Positions 40,408 to 53,185 are shown, counted from the first letter of the stretch. The stretch: 64,000 nt of DNA from Lingula anatina (GCA_051362555.1 CM120646.1:8122001-8186000); one strand, 5' to 3'. The notes: generated by a model not told the origin, from the letters alone. Made by a program: numbers and translations.

Positions 40408-41545
40408 TTATTCGCGACGTAATTCCTCCAAATTACGGTGGATATTTATACTGGCGGGCATTACTGTTACACTGTTGTTTATTGTGCAATTTTATTTTAA
40501 AGGATTTGTTTCATACCGTCAGAATGGCTTCAACGGAACATATTCTTCAGACAACATGCCCAACTAACGATATCTTTATCCAAAAACACAAATTAAAAGC
40601 TCATTTTGTAAATTTTTGGCTTTAAAAAACGTCCTATTTGCTCGGCCTAGGAGTTAATGAGCTACGTGGTCACGTGGTCCGATGACGACAATCGAGCCAC
40701 TGGAGAACAGAGCGTGCTTAGCTGTCAAACTGAGCTGCATTGTCTACCTGTAAGATGACTTCTCTGGCTTCTGATAAAAGTTTATACTCATTCAAATCTC
40801 TTACCCGAGGGGTCTAAATCCTCGTGAAGCTGTGTAAAACCATTTCCCGTCTAGTCATTTCTTTAACAAGCATTTCATTATGGTTATCCCAAGTTGTATA
40901 AAACACTGCATTTGAATGAGTTAAGGGAAATGTCGATTATTGCATATGAGGTCCATGTTATTTGTGAAATTCAATTTATTTTATTAAATCGCTGACACTC
41001 CGTCTTGCATACTTTTATTAAACTGAGGTAAACAATGCCCGTTACCTTTACAAGTCCTATCTTAATCATCCATCTAACTGGAACTTCCTTTACCTCTTAA
41101 TTAGAGGGTTAAATGGCATTCAATTTGTCTTGCTTGTATCGAACGCACTCTCTATCTAAGCTTTACTCCAGTTATCTCAGGTAAAAATCTACCTGTGTGT
41201 TAGTTACAAAGCGCAGCTCCCGTAGACCTGGGGGTACTAAATAAAATCTGAACACCAGGTTTATCGAGGAGCTAGAGAAAGAAAGGAAGAATTTTCCCTG
41301 CACAACTTCATAGGAATTTTAACACGGACTTGATCCAGCTTAGACCTCCAAACTAACAGGGTGACATGGGCAATTTTCACAAACAAATCATAAAACTATA
41401 TTTCAGTTAACCGCCTTTAAAATAAATATACCGTTCTGGGTAAATTAAAATAGTTATTAAATCGCGAGAATATTTTTGACTTAAATGATGATTTTATTAT
41501 TAATGGAAATTAAGCTACTATATGAGGTACATTTGCTGTGATTAG

Positions 41546-41920
41546 GAGCCCAAAGTGACAACACCAACCCTCACCAGTGCCAGTGCTGAGCAGGAAAATC
41601 CATTAGATAAAATGCAAGTCAAGGTAGCAAAGATGACCGCCATAATAGTAGGTACATTTACGTTGCTATTTATTCCTTACGTGCTCCTGTCGTCGTTTCA
41701 GAGATACTTTGTAAACAACAGAGTTACCTTTAGTATTTTGTTATACATATCTGTCGAGTTATTGATACTTAGTTCAGTCATAAATCCCTTGATTTATGGG
41801 ATTTTGAACAAACGTATCAGAAAATTAATGATTGGTGGCCGGTTTAAGAGAATTTTTGATACATTCGCACTGACACACACACACACACGCGCACGCACGC
41901 ACGCGCAAATAAATACATGA
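41546..41920 (+). pseudogene. Rhodopsin-like (class A) GPCR fragment: ICL3-TM6-TM7-helix 8; orphan last exon or pseudogene
   Basis: KVAKMTAIIVGTFTLLFIPY (TM6 with conserved P) and LSSVINPLIYGILNKRIRK (NPxxY plus helix 8); weak acceptor ATTAG at 41541-45; TM1-5 not found nearby; frame runs into a CA repeat. Confidence 0.75.
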
Positions 41921-43656
41921 CGATTATTTACAGTAATACTTTTTTTTTTTGTTTAAAAGGTAGGGCTTTGGTGTTGATTCTTTTATTGTTTAGTTTTTTT
42001 ACGGTTTAGTTGTGCATACATGAATATACTGTAGAGAACAATATCCTGCCTCATAATTCGTTTCTCCTGGTATGCTCAGTTGATGTACCGTATTGTGTTA
42101 TTCATCATTGAAATATCCGTTTTATGATATTTTTGTGTAAGTACTTGAATATAACTTATTATTATTATTATTATTAACTTATTTATGTACCAGAATACAT
42201 GTATTGATAGAAGTGACGATGTGTATAAATTCTAATTAATCCTTATGTTAAGTGTAATCGAAATATCGAAATATTTTATTGATTCGGCTAAATATTGAAT
42301 GACATCTTCGGATTTATCCATTTTGACACTGTAGTTCTTAAACCAGTCTGGTTCATTTGTTGATAATAGGGACTTAAGTTTATTCAGTATAGCCTTAATT
42401 AGGGACCTTGGCTATATGCATAAATGAGCAAATTAGTACTCTGTATTACAGAAGGGAGTTAAGTGAAAACTGTTCTTTTCAGTGAAAATAAGTATATTTC
42501 TCAGCCAGTGTAGAACGGTTTCATTAGCAATGATATTGTAATAGACTTGTGAAGATTATTTTTTCTATAGCTACTTATATTTGTCTGGTCTTACCAGCCA
42601 GTATATCGCGCAAAATTTAGCTACATGTACATGTATGTTTCCTAAGATTCAAATTTAAAAACAGGCTCGAAATACTTTTAGGTTGGATAACGCGTTAATA
42701 CTACTTTCCAGATTCGTGGTTAAAATATTTACGTGTAAATCGCTATGAAGAAATCCAACACTGCATGACGACAATAACCAGTTGCAATCATTTAATGTTC
42801 ACTGGTCGCTTGCTAAGGTACATTCTAATAATATGTGGAGAATTACACTCTTTAGTATCAAACCAAGACAGTGGCTTCATGAACTTCTTAATCAATGGCT
42901 TCTTAACAGAATAGTCAACAAACCTACTCTACCTCTTTAGACTTTACATTTTATAAGAAATTATGGACTACAATAAAAAGGTATAACTTGAAGTTACCTG
43001 CGAATTGCGTTTGAATTATTAGATGTCTCTGACATATTCTTCCCTTTCCCAAACAAAGAAAAATGGATTGTTTGTATGAAAATAATATTCCTGTATGGTA
43101 GTAAATATCTAAGTAATTATACCATATCGCCTCAGTAGGCCCCTACTGTTATCGAATTGAATACAAGTAATAAAATTTCAGTATGGAATTATTTGTCGGT
43201 ATTGTCCTTAGATTTGTCTCACAAAGGCCGAAAGTAAGATTTTCTGATTTTACTTTATCCAACTTAATTAATCAAGATTTTAGAATTTATGTGTTAAAAA
43301 AAGTAATGAATTAATAAAATATTGTTATAGTCAATACAAAATGTAAATACATATGTAATGGAAATGTCTGTTGTTTTTGACGTAATTTTACTTGATATTA
43401 TATATATAACACTGAGTAGTGGAAATATAGAAACATGAATAAAATTATCTGAACCCAACTCCTTGCGTTCACTCTTTTATTATTATTATTATTTATTATT
43501 ATTTATTTATTTATTTATTTTTGAGTGCTCTAATGTCTTACAAATGACTTAATACAGTTTTTTTTCACATAAACACATGTTCTAGTAGAACACAAATGAA
43601 AATGGCACAAGAAATCCTGATTTGCTTATTGCTGAATTTTTTTTGAAAGTGACCTA

Positions 43657-43850
43657 AGGGACCATTTCCATAACCCTATTGTACTAGCAGGATCGATCTA
43701 TCTCCGAGGGGATTCTTTCGAAATATCATTTAGTTTGAGCGTGCACCAAAGTTACTCCTACCCCAGCAGCTTCAGTGGGCGTGTCAGACATTTAAGCCAC
43801 TTAAAGTAAATGCAATTAAGAGAATTAGTAGGTTTATGGGAACCCAGTCT
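43657..43850 (+). mobile_element. Degenerate third copy of the Harbinger-type MITE family
   Basis: AGGGACCATTTCCATAAC...GATCGATCTATCTCCG.GGGGA...GACATTTAAGCC...GGTTTATGGGAA shares blocks with the 35494 and 52972 copies. Confidence 0.5.
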
Positions 43851-45450
43851 AATTCAATACCCAATCGGGCCTCTTCCGAGTCTCTCATTCAAAAAGTCTC
43901 CAGCTAGGTGGAGTTCTTTTGGGACTCAAGAGAAGCAAGGGACTCTTGACAACTGAGGCCTTTAAGAGACTCAGAAAAGTGTGCATTCAAGGAAGGGTTT
44001 CTGCTCTCTTTTTGGAATCGAGAAAAGGCCGTCGAAAGCCTCAAAAAGTATGTTAACGTTCTTGACATTAAATGGCGGATGCAACTAAGCTTTTATCAAT
44101 CATATTCTCATCTGCAAAGAATGATTAAAGTTCGGCTTTTTCTATCAAGTTCAAATTATATATTAAAGTTATGAATGCAGAAAGCTTTGTGATTTGAAAA
44201 GTAGCTGCAAATATCCCCTTGTGCGATGGTGTATTGAGTACGTCCCTCTAGAATGAGAATAAACACCACAGAAATATTGCTATCCAGGGCCGCCAATGAC
44301 GCAACTACCTCTGCTTAATCGACATGAGGAAAGTTTTTAGTGAGCATATCAATAGCCCAGGGTGAATCTACTATTGATTGCCAGCAAAATCTTTGTGCAC
44401 TGAAATTTACGATATTTGCCGATATACAAACACATAAAATGTGTCACTGACCTGACAGTTCAATTTTAAATTGAAATATTAATATTAAAATATTACAGAA
44501 AGGCCTGACCAAACTATCCTGTTTATGGTTGCAAATTTTATTTGGTACCCACGAGAGGAGGACCAGGTCCTAGCAGGATGCGTGTTTTCCTACAACACTT
44601 TAAGCTACACTACCTTATAATGAAATACTAAATAAGTTGAAAAGCAATATTAGGCAATATATCTTAAAATATCCTTTTTAGAAATTGATATTTCATTTTG
44701 GACAAAAGTTAATATTTTCATTTAAAAAATGCTTTAAAAAGAGGCTCCGGCGGACACTGACCTGACTGGACACTGTCACGTCACACCGGTATTCAGTTTG
44801 ACTATAAATTTAAAATATCACCACAAGCATCATACGAAGGCTATAAGGTCAAGCCTTTTTGTTTCCCATTAAAACCCCAATACATTCTTTTAACTCTTAA
44901 TTTGTACTGATTCCATGGGACTCTGAGCTGCCATTTCTTGTTCTGCCGTTTCTGTTCCACCGGTTTGTGAGGAGGTCATATACGGACAGCCCTGGGTTCA
45001 TTCCAGAGTGTTTTTTTATTTACTTCGTGGCACGCACAATCAAAGACATATACCGTGTATGAAGGTTGGTGAAGAGAGCCGCGTTCTAATTATTCGCTAT
45101 CGGAAATCTCCAATGCATTATGTCGCGCATAAAAAAAGCGCACTGGGTGATCAACAAGACGGCATGGAATACTCGAAATAACAAACTAATTATCCCAATT
45201 ACCGTGACGGTTACAACGGCATGTCCTGCCGTGACTCTAAGTATTCTTGTTTGCCAGCGCTAAATGCACGCTACTTGAGTGTATACCTCAAGACGTATGC
45301 AAGGCCGCCGACGTGTTTCGGTAATTTTTTGCTCAGCGGCAAATATTCGTATCTTCCAAGAAGAGCGGGAGATGTATAAATGGCCATCAAATGTTGATCT
45401 GCGTCAGTTGTGTGCAACGACTGCGCAAAGATAACGTATTCAAAAACAAA

Positions 45451-47488
45451 ATGATCAACCGCATAAGTTTGTGCACGCTGATACTTGTACAGCTTGCCCA
45501 TGAAAATGGTCGGCTTGCTGGATTAGCCCAAACGTCGCCCAATGTGGAGATGTGGACGCTTGCAGGATTCACGATGGACCAAGAACATCGTAGAGGTGGA
45601 GTGCAAGAGATAACCACTAAAAAGGCGCCCATTACTGAGGGAAGAATTCACGAGGGAATCACACAGGATTCGCCCATTGCAGAGGGTAGAATTCACGAGG
45701 GAATCTCACGGGAGTCGGCGCCCACTACTGAAGGTGGAATGCGTGTGAATGCTACACAAGAGTCGCCCACTGCTGAGGGTGGAATGCGTGTGAATGCTAC
45801 ACAAGAGTCGCCCACTACTGAGGGTGGAATGCGTGTGAATGCTACACAAGAGTCGCCCACTACTGAGGGTGGAATGCGTGTGAATGCTACACAAGAGTCG
45901 CCCACTACTGAGGGTGGAATGCGTGTGAATGCTACACAAGAGTCGCCCACTACTGAGGGTGGAATGCGTGTGAATGCTACACAAGAGTCGCCCACTACTG
46001 AGGGTGGAATGCACAATGAAGTCACACAAGAGTCCCCTAGTCAAAGGGATATATTTCGAATAATAACGGACAACAGCAGTGAAACCTCTTCTTTCCCAGA
46101 CGTGACTCTCATGCCGTATAAATGGCTCTGTGCAAGGAAAGGTTTGTGCAGCATCCAGGTCCACTGCAACTGCGATCCTGTGTGTGTCCAGTATGGTGAC
46201 TGCTGTTATGGGGTGAAAGAGAATGCGACTGTCTGCGCTGCCTCTGTCAGATTAAGAAGGACAAACGACACAATGCAATCTGCAACGATTCCTGGTACTA
46301 ACGCAACAGATTCTGAAAGTTACAGCACCACCTCGACTGCATTCCGTAATAAAACATCTTCTTTGATACGGGGGGGAAAAGAAGTCGACCCTGTGTCTAT
46401 TTTCCTGGCACATAAAAGCTCCTGTAGAAAAAGTCCAACATTATATCGAGAAAACCAGCAAACCACATTACCCTATATGGACATGCATGGACTGAGTTTT
46501 TGGATGGTGGATCAGTGTCCGTCGTCTTGGCTGGAAGAGGAAAGCCTTATTAAGTGCACTGATATCTCAAATACTAGCCTCACAGAAGACGCGCTATTGT
46601 ACCAGCCAGTCACCGACCCAGATACAATGATTACCTTCAGAAACAAGTACTGTGCAACCTGTAATGGTGTTAAGGGCGGCGGGGAACCGTGGGAACTCGC
46701 CATCTATTCCACTAAGAACGTACCATTTGACTTCTTTGCAAATTGCAGCTCCTCAGATTGCCTGTTAAAAAAACTAAAAAATGGCGGAAGTAATGCTATT
46801 TTTGTGCCGAAACCGGAATGGAATTTAAGAACATGCTTCAGGGAAGTTGGGGACAATGTCTTCGGTCCTTGCAAGTTCAGTTTTATCAATGGAAGCGTGC
46901 GTCGTTTACCTCGTCCACTCCCCCTGCACTCAGCTTTACGAGATGCCTGTTTGGCATACAACAACCCTGTTGTCATTGGCGGTGCTGATAACAGTTACAA
47001 GAACTTCCACTGTATGGTGTGTTATCTGGGTGATTTTCTACTCTGCGAAGGTAAGTGGTAGGTTTTAATATATAAGAAACATCATATGTAAAAAAAAATA
47101 GAACCGTGTATTATTGGCGTAAATAATTTTCATTAAGCTTACTTGCCTCCCTCGTAATCTCGGCGAGCAGGATTGTGGAACCTTAGAAATAAAATACGCT
47201 TGATGAGGATAACCTTTTTTGTTTTCTTGAGGTTTGGCATGTGTTGTCTAGATAAATGGTATAATTCAATTTTGCCAATAACATCACAAAGAAAATGGCT
47301 AAATGTAATTGGTATTGCTAAGATTCATTTTATGTTGTGCGATATCTTTTGTATCAGTTTGTGTGGAAATTATATACATACCTGAATATAGGTGAAATAT
47401 CAGTTCAAATTAGTATTCATTTGTAATCCAAAAGCAACTATTGAGTTCATGATGACGGAAAACTGGCATGAATTACTGAGAAAATTGC

Positions 47489-47543
<55 letters not shown>

Positions 47544-47965
47544 AGATATGAAGAAAGTCATTAGCACTCCGATATAAGGTATATTAGCTTTTGCAGCTTG
47601 GGATTGAATTATCAAACCGACCGGATGGCCTTGTGGTTAGAGTGTCCGCCTCCGGAGCGGGAGGACGTGGGTTCAAAAAACCCGTCCGGGGACATACCAG
47701 TCCTTTATAAACGGTACCTGCTGTCTCCCCGCTTGGCACTCAGCACTAAGGGGTTGAAGCAGGGGCCTGGTCAGGCAGTACAGAAATGATATAGCTATGA
47801 GCGCCTAATATGGCAGCCGAGCTGTATGCTCCCCAGGGAGGTGAGACCGTCTACGTAGTGCATCAGTGCTAAAATGACCAGGCTTCCTTGACTTGAATAT
47901 TCATATATAATTGTATAACATAATTTGTATAACTTCAACCTTCGGGTTGCGATTCTCCAATAAAG

Positions 47966-48019
<54 letters not shown>

Positions 48020-49674
48020 CTTGTTTTATATAAAAACAGTCAGTGTTAAGATCGACGATCTGTAATCGTGCGTGGATTCAAAGTGACGCACATAACAAAA
48101 CTTTTAATAGTTTCTCATACGACAAAAATAAAGTCAACATGCCAAGGGATAAATCGAATCAATGACTCGAAAAAGTTTTGTATCTGAATTGGTTATACTG
48201 TTTGAAACCCTATGGTGGTATTTGGTCGGGTTTGGCAAAAACCTCGACTTTAAGTGCACCTGTAAATGGGAGCATATTTTAGGTCACCACAAATAGCAGA
48301 TTAAAAAAAATCGGTTTAAATGTCCTACACGTCTTTTCGAGTTGATAGGGAGTAATTAACTAATTAAATAACTACTCAAGGAGGCGTGTCAGGCAAGATG
48401 ATTATAGTGTTTGCTTAGTCATAACTTTCAACCTTAATCACTTTTTTTGCTTTGTTTCTGTTATATGTACAAAGTACGGTGACTTGTAGGCCCATGAGGC
48501 CGGGTGATTTGTATATCTATATCACATGGCACGTTAATAAATAAACATTTAATACACTGAATGTATTTTAGTGAGAATACCCCTCAGCATTGGCTCGATT
48601 CAGCTGGTACGATATTTGAATCTAAACGCGGTTCTAAAGCAAATAAATCTAGTTGTGTAAACTACAATTAGACCGGTTGAAGAACAAGTAACTGATCATA
48701 TTTGCCAAGCTTACATGTCCACTAATTAATTCACTAAATTAAATGTTATATTCAGATCAGAATTCCACACCGCCACCAGCGAGATTCTTCGGTCTTTCTC
48801 TCCGCGCCCTATTATACCTGGGAGACCAAGACAGGCAAGAGGTGATGACGTCACGACTAGGGTGGGAAAACGAACAGCAATAATCATAAATAATGAGGAT
48901 GATAATGAAAATTGCATTTAGTTAAAAAAAAATTGTAAATTATTACTTTATTTATTCTTTCCCGCATTTGCCATGATACTATTCTGATGTTATTTTTGTC
49001 AGAAGTTTTTTCCCCGACTTTGTGAATGTTGACTGCCGCCCTGAACCGTAAGTTGTAAAACCATACGTGTATATACAGTGTACATCTGCCTTTTTTTCCA
49101 GCCTGTAGATCAGCAGATAATGTGCCCCCCTGGTTTTGTTCCTGATGCCCAGGACTGCCGCCCCCTTATGTACAATTTCACGGTAGTGCGGTCGACCGTT
49201 CTCTTACGTTTTGAACCATGTGGCTGGGTTCCAACATCCAGAGATGGCTGTAGAGATATCAGACGTGATGTGCGATTGGGAGCTGTACTGAGAGCTGTGC
49301 AGGCACTTATTCATACCTGTAATCTGATGCATGGCGCGGATAACACGTCCATCACCTTTGTCGTACATACAGTGGTCACTGTTCGCGTAAGACTAGCCCA
49401 CTACGAGGAAGTTCGCAAGATTTTTGACCAAGTAAAAGCATGGATGGAAAATGCTCTGCAAAACGTGCAGTTGGAGATATCAGGAGGACCAGTGGGTATA
49501 CGCTTAGGGTCGTTCTCTGCCTGCATGAAGACCGCCGCAAACCACAGCTCCGTTACGCCATTTCATGGGGCTTCCACGCTCTCAACCCCGAGGCATAGCC
49601 GAGGAAATGTACCTGTTGGTATTGCTAGAGTTTGGTTGTTAATGGCGATGGTGGCAGCGGTGTGGAATTTCTAA
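45451..49674 (+). CDS. Secreted/cell-surface somatomedin-B-domain protein with mucin-like repeats (adhesion-GPCR-like ectodomain family), ~750 aa, 3 exons
   Basis: Exon 1 45451-47050 (phase 1 donor G|GTAAGT; in-frame ATG also at 45391), exon 2 48756-48841 (DQNSTPPPARFFGLSLRALLYLGDQDRQE; weaker donor GTGATG), exon 3 49102-49674. Motifs: putative signal peptide, SMB-like CNCDPVCVQYGDCC, FWMVDQCP, PVTDPDTMITFRNKYCATCNG, YKNFHCMVC, CPPGFVPDAQDCRP; hydrophobic C-terminus. Confidence 0.85.
45625..46038 (+). repeat. Coding 45-bp tandem repeat (15 aa, ESPTTEGGMRVNATQ)
   Basis: About six near-perfect units GAGTCGCCCACTACTGAGGGTGGAATGCGTGTGAATGCTACACAA flanked by diverged units (PITEGRIHEGITQD, PIAEGRIHEGISRE, SPTTEGGMHNEVTQ). 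Confidence 0.97.
47619..48017 (+). mobile_element. tRNA-derived SINE with (ATT)n tail in intron 1 of the SMB gene
   Basis: A-box TGGCCTTGTGG, B-box-like GGTTCAAAAAACCC, body GCTTGGCACTCAGCA...TATGCTCCCCAGGGAG resembling conserved metazoan SINE cores (from memory), AATAAA then ~17 ATT units. Confidence 0.8.
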
Positions 49675-49863
49675 CTATATGGGTAAGACCATATAGAGAA
49701 TGATATAGGACTGGGCACTACTTTGGCTTATCAATCCATAGATGGATATCTAATGTTTTCCTTGTTGTTTTGTAATTTATCGTTTTTAATTATAATCAAG
49801 TTTTAAAAACATTTACAGTTTTACTATTAAGCAAAATTAATCTCAAATAGTTATGTGGACGCC

Positions 49864-50085
49864 ATGACCCCCGCCAACAAGATTCTGTTTTTGCCCTTTA
49901 ATTTTTTTTCGTTAGTTAACAACATATCTCAATAAGTTATAGGCCCGTTTTGATTTACTTTTCAGGATTAGAAATGATACAGCTTAGAAGCGATTAGATG
50001 TTAGTGGCTGTTGTTATTTGATTAATTAACAATGAGAATTGTTCCGTCTTGGAGGAGTCTTGCACTCTCCGAGTGCGTTTTAGTT
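49864..50085 (+). mobile_element. Helentron-associated non-autonomous element (HINE/DINE-like)
   Basis: Sub-terminal inverted repeat GACCCCCGCCAA ... TTGGAGGAGTC followed by 3' hairpin GCACTC-TCC-GAGTGC and TAGTTT end. Confidence 0.6.
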
Positions 50086-52269
50086 TGGTTTATCAAGACG
50101 CTGTATTAGTATTCTGTATTCAGTTAGAATAATACATGCAGTTGGTTAGTGCTCTATACAAGAGGCCATATATCAAAGGCCCTACATAACGTCTTGCTGG
50201 ACAGTGCAGGAAAGTGTGTTGAATTAGCCAGAGGCATATATTTGTGAATTTCTAGTGAAAAAAATCAATCTGTGGTCGTGGTAGAGGGTAGCAGATTAGC
50301 TTGGGTTCTCTTTTTGATTCATTTGATTTACTTTTTAAACAGTCACAGGTCTTGTGGTGCATGGCTGGTATTATAATTTAGTAAATTGTTCTTTGTGAGA
50401 TAATTAGCTGTAAATTTGTTATAAATTTGATAAATAACAGTTAGACGCTTTTAAGGAACAAAGGTTGATGATTTGCAAAAGGCAATTTCATGTACACGTA
50501 ATTACACTTTCTCTTCTTTTTTTTCAGAGACTGACTATATTGTGTAAATTATGTCATCCAATGTACATAGTGCATGGTTTTATGATTAATCGATTATATG
50601 AGGGTTAGTGTAAGATATATCGATTAAGTGTGTAAGATATATCGATTACATTATTTTATATAAATTAACCGTGAATTATAGTGGGAGGATATTTATATAA
50701 ATCTTGGTATACGGTTTTCCGTGCGATATTTTGACATCATAAATGGCTACGGCGAATATTTTTACATTACGCGCGAGAGCCGTGCCTTTTTTTCTGACAT
50801 GACCTTGAGGTCAAGTAAAAAGATTTTTCGGTGGAAAAATGAGGATACGATGCCCTTTCAGTCTCAGTGCCTTCTGCGTTGTCGGTGCAGCCCCATGTAC
50901 GATTTTTAGCACCCATGTGGTCAGAATAAGGAATCCCACCACTTCATTTTCTCCTAGATAATTAACGCTAAGTTATTAACAACTTAATTTTATTTACCTA
51001 GATTATATTTGCAATGCAATGACCGCACGTTACACATATACTGCCGTGATCACTTTTCTGGGCGAAGGTAGACGGTGCGAAATCGTACGGCTTCACGGCC
51101 ACCACAGGCTCTGACATTTTGTCAAGTTAAGTTTCTTGAAATTTTTTTACAATTGCAAGCCCGTATGGCAATGCACAGTTGCGGTTGAGTAGTCGAGATG
51201 GTGATAATTGTGATACCTGTTGTTGGGTTTTTTCCCTTTCGCCTTCAGTGGTTTAGGGGGAATGACAACAGTTTCTCTCTATCTTCAGGTATATTGTCTT
51301 CGTAGAACGTTGACTGTCATGAATCTCCACTGTACATATGTTTAAGACTGTGTTATTCACTCGCATAAATTTAAATTACTTTTTTTTTCTGACCACGGAT
51401 GAAAAAACCGTAAGGGCGCAGCTGCATCGTCAACGTATCGATCTTCAAACTAAAAGGTTTATGCCGTACGGAAGGCAGCGAAGTTAGTCCGTGTTATAGA
51501 ATCCGATGACTGTTTTTAAATGTTGTACATGTAATATCAGGGGCATTAACTGGAGCTGTATATTTGTCATGTTGTAAAGAAAAAGGTTACGGTTATCGTT
51601 TTATTAATTGCAAATTAGCAGAATTTAATTGAAATTCGATAAACTAAAATTTCGAAAGTTACTAAGTTCAAGTATATTTCTATTAGGAAACAACTACCTG
51701 TACTACGGAAATTCCCTTCTGTATTAGTCAGGAATGGGAATTATTAAAGTCTCAAGGATTGGGTGAATTGTTGGTTTCACAACCAAAAAGAAAAATTTCA
51801 TGACGTTAATAACGCTGGACGATTGTGGTTTGAATGCATTCCCAGTTTGTTGAAATAAAATTCAAGACAATTCATTTTGGGTTTGGAAAGAAATAAAAGC
51901 GGCCTTAACTGGCCTAAAACCAGTTAACCTATATATATTGCGTTTGTGATTTTATGTCGTTAATTGATTTTAAAGAGGGGGCGAGATGATAAAGGTATAA
52001 TATATTTTAGATACGCAGTTTAGTTTGATAAGGCGTGAAATAATGTCAAAGTGGAAGTTGAATACTTGAATGATATATAGAACCTAAAGGAATTTTTTGA
52101 AGCTGGAAAGACAATGTAACCTGAATGTTTCTATTACTGGCATGTATCCTTTTACAAGTGAAAACATCCTTCAAAACTTCATTATACTAGTACTATATGG
52201 TTTGTCTATTGTACTGGAACCAGTACATGTACCAGTACATATCTTTACACTGATTCAGGCAACGACTAT

Positions 52270-52496
52270 AATTAATCCAGACCCCCCCCCCCCCTTCGAT
52301 TTCTGGTCCCCTCTTGAAATTAGAATTTTGACTAGTAGAATCATAGTTCTAAACCGAACCAAATGGCACCGTTGGCTCTCTAATATACCAAAAATTTTCG
52401 GGGCCCTCCATCGGGTCCCAAACCCCACGCCAAGTGGGGGGGTCAACTTCGCATCCGCCCCCCCCCCCCCTTCAAATAATCCTGGATACGCCCCTG
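52270..52496 (-). mobile_element. Inverted copy of the CAGGGGCGGATCCAG MITE family
   Basis: AATAATCCTGGATACGCCCCTG is the reverse complement of the 36132 terminus (1 mismatch); internal TAGAATTTTGACTAG..AATCATAGTTCTA..AAATGGCACCGTTG matches ~31467-31520 inverted. Confidence 0.75.
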
Positions 52497-52971
52497 CACA
52501 TCACCGTGGTCGTAGAACGGATGTCGGATGTTTTAGTCAGATGTTTGCTCAAGCATCTTTTAGGACAAGCCTCGAACCAGCAACTTATTAAGTGGCAAAC
52601 ACTGGATACGTTTGACATTTTACTACAAGGATTATTTTCTTTTCAATAAATTTGCACATTAGTAAGTCCAAACGTATTGAAATGTGTGTGTGAGAGAGAG
52701 AAAGAGATAATTTCGGAGACTGTCAGAAAATATCTCTGGATCCGCCCCTGTTGTAGCCCTACTTCTATGGTTTTTCTCGGGTTTTAAACACAACATCACA
52801 CAAATTGCTGTAAACCGTGTTGAATGATCATATCGCAATCTTAATTGGAAAACGCACTGAACTTGTAAAGTATTCTATATCAAACATTGTTTGTATTTTT
52901 TCTCAAAGCTGCTCAACAATAGCAAAGGATAGTGTCACTCAGTGCAGTTTATTTTTACAGTAAAAGTGTTA

Positions 52972-53185
52972 GGGTCTATTCCCACAACTTTAGATCGATC
53001 TATCACCGCGGGGAGTCTCACTAGATTACTGTCAGATAACCCCCCTTAAGTGTCCGTCCCCGCCTACTACAAGCTGTAAGAGGTAATTAACTTTCGTGTC
53101 CGCCCGGCTGACAGCTATTTAGCGTGAACCCCCAGGGAGTTAGGTCGATCTAAAGTAGGTCGATCTAATCTATGGAAATGGGGTG
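52972..53185 (+). mobile_element. PIF/Harbinger-type MITE, copy 2
   Basis: TTA TSD at 52969-71 and 53186-88; imperfect TIRs GGGTCTATTCCCA / TGGAAATGGGGTG; inverted homolog of 35494-35709. Confidence 0.85.

Noticed and set aside
45625-46038. Regular repeat array as a possible CRISPR
   Set aside because: Head-to-tail units without unique spacers, inside a eukaryotic coding exon; no cas genes
45693-46164. Two antisense repeat ORFs (IPPSVVGDSCVAFTR, STLSSGRLLCSIHTH)
   Set aside because: Shadow frames of the 45-bp coding repeat on the plus strand
47490-47542. About 53-nt poly(T) run and the poly-Lys ORF on the minus strand
   Set aside because: Homopolymer with no recognisable retrocopy body or TSD; the ORF is an artefact
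47619-47695. tRNA-like sequence with A and B boxes
   Set aside because: T-arm is corrupted (GGTTCAAAAAACCC) and the sequence continues into a SINE body and ATT tail; SINE head rather than a tRNA gene
50710-51500. CpG-rich stretch with recurrent CCGTA/TACGG motifs, possibly a non-autonomous DNA transposon
   Set aside because: Could not define TIRs or a TSD by eye
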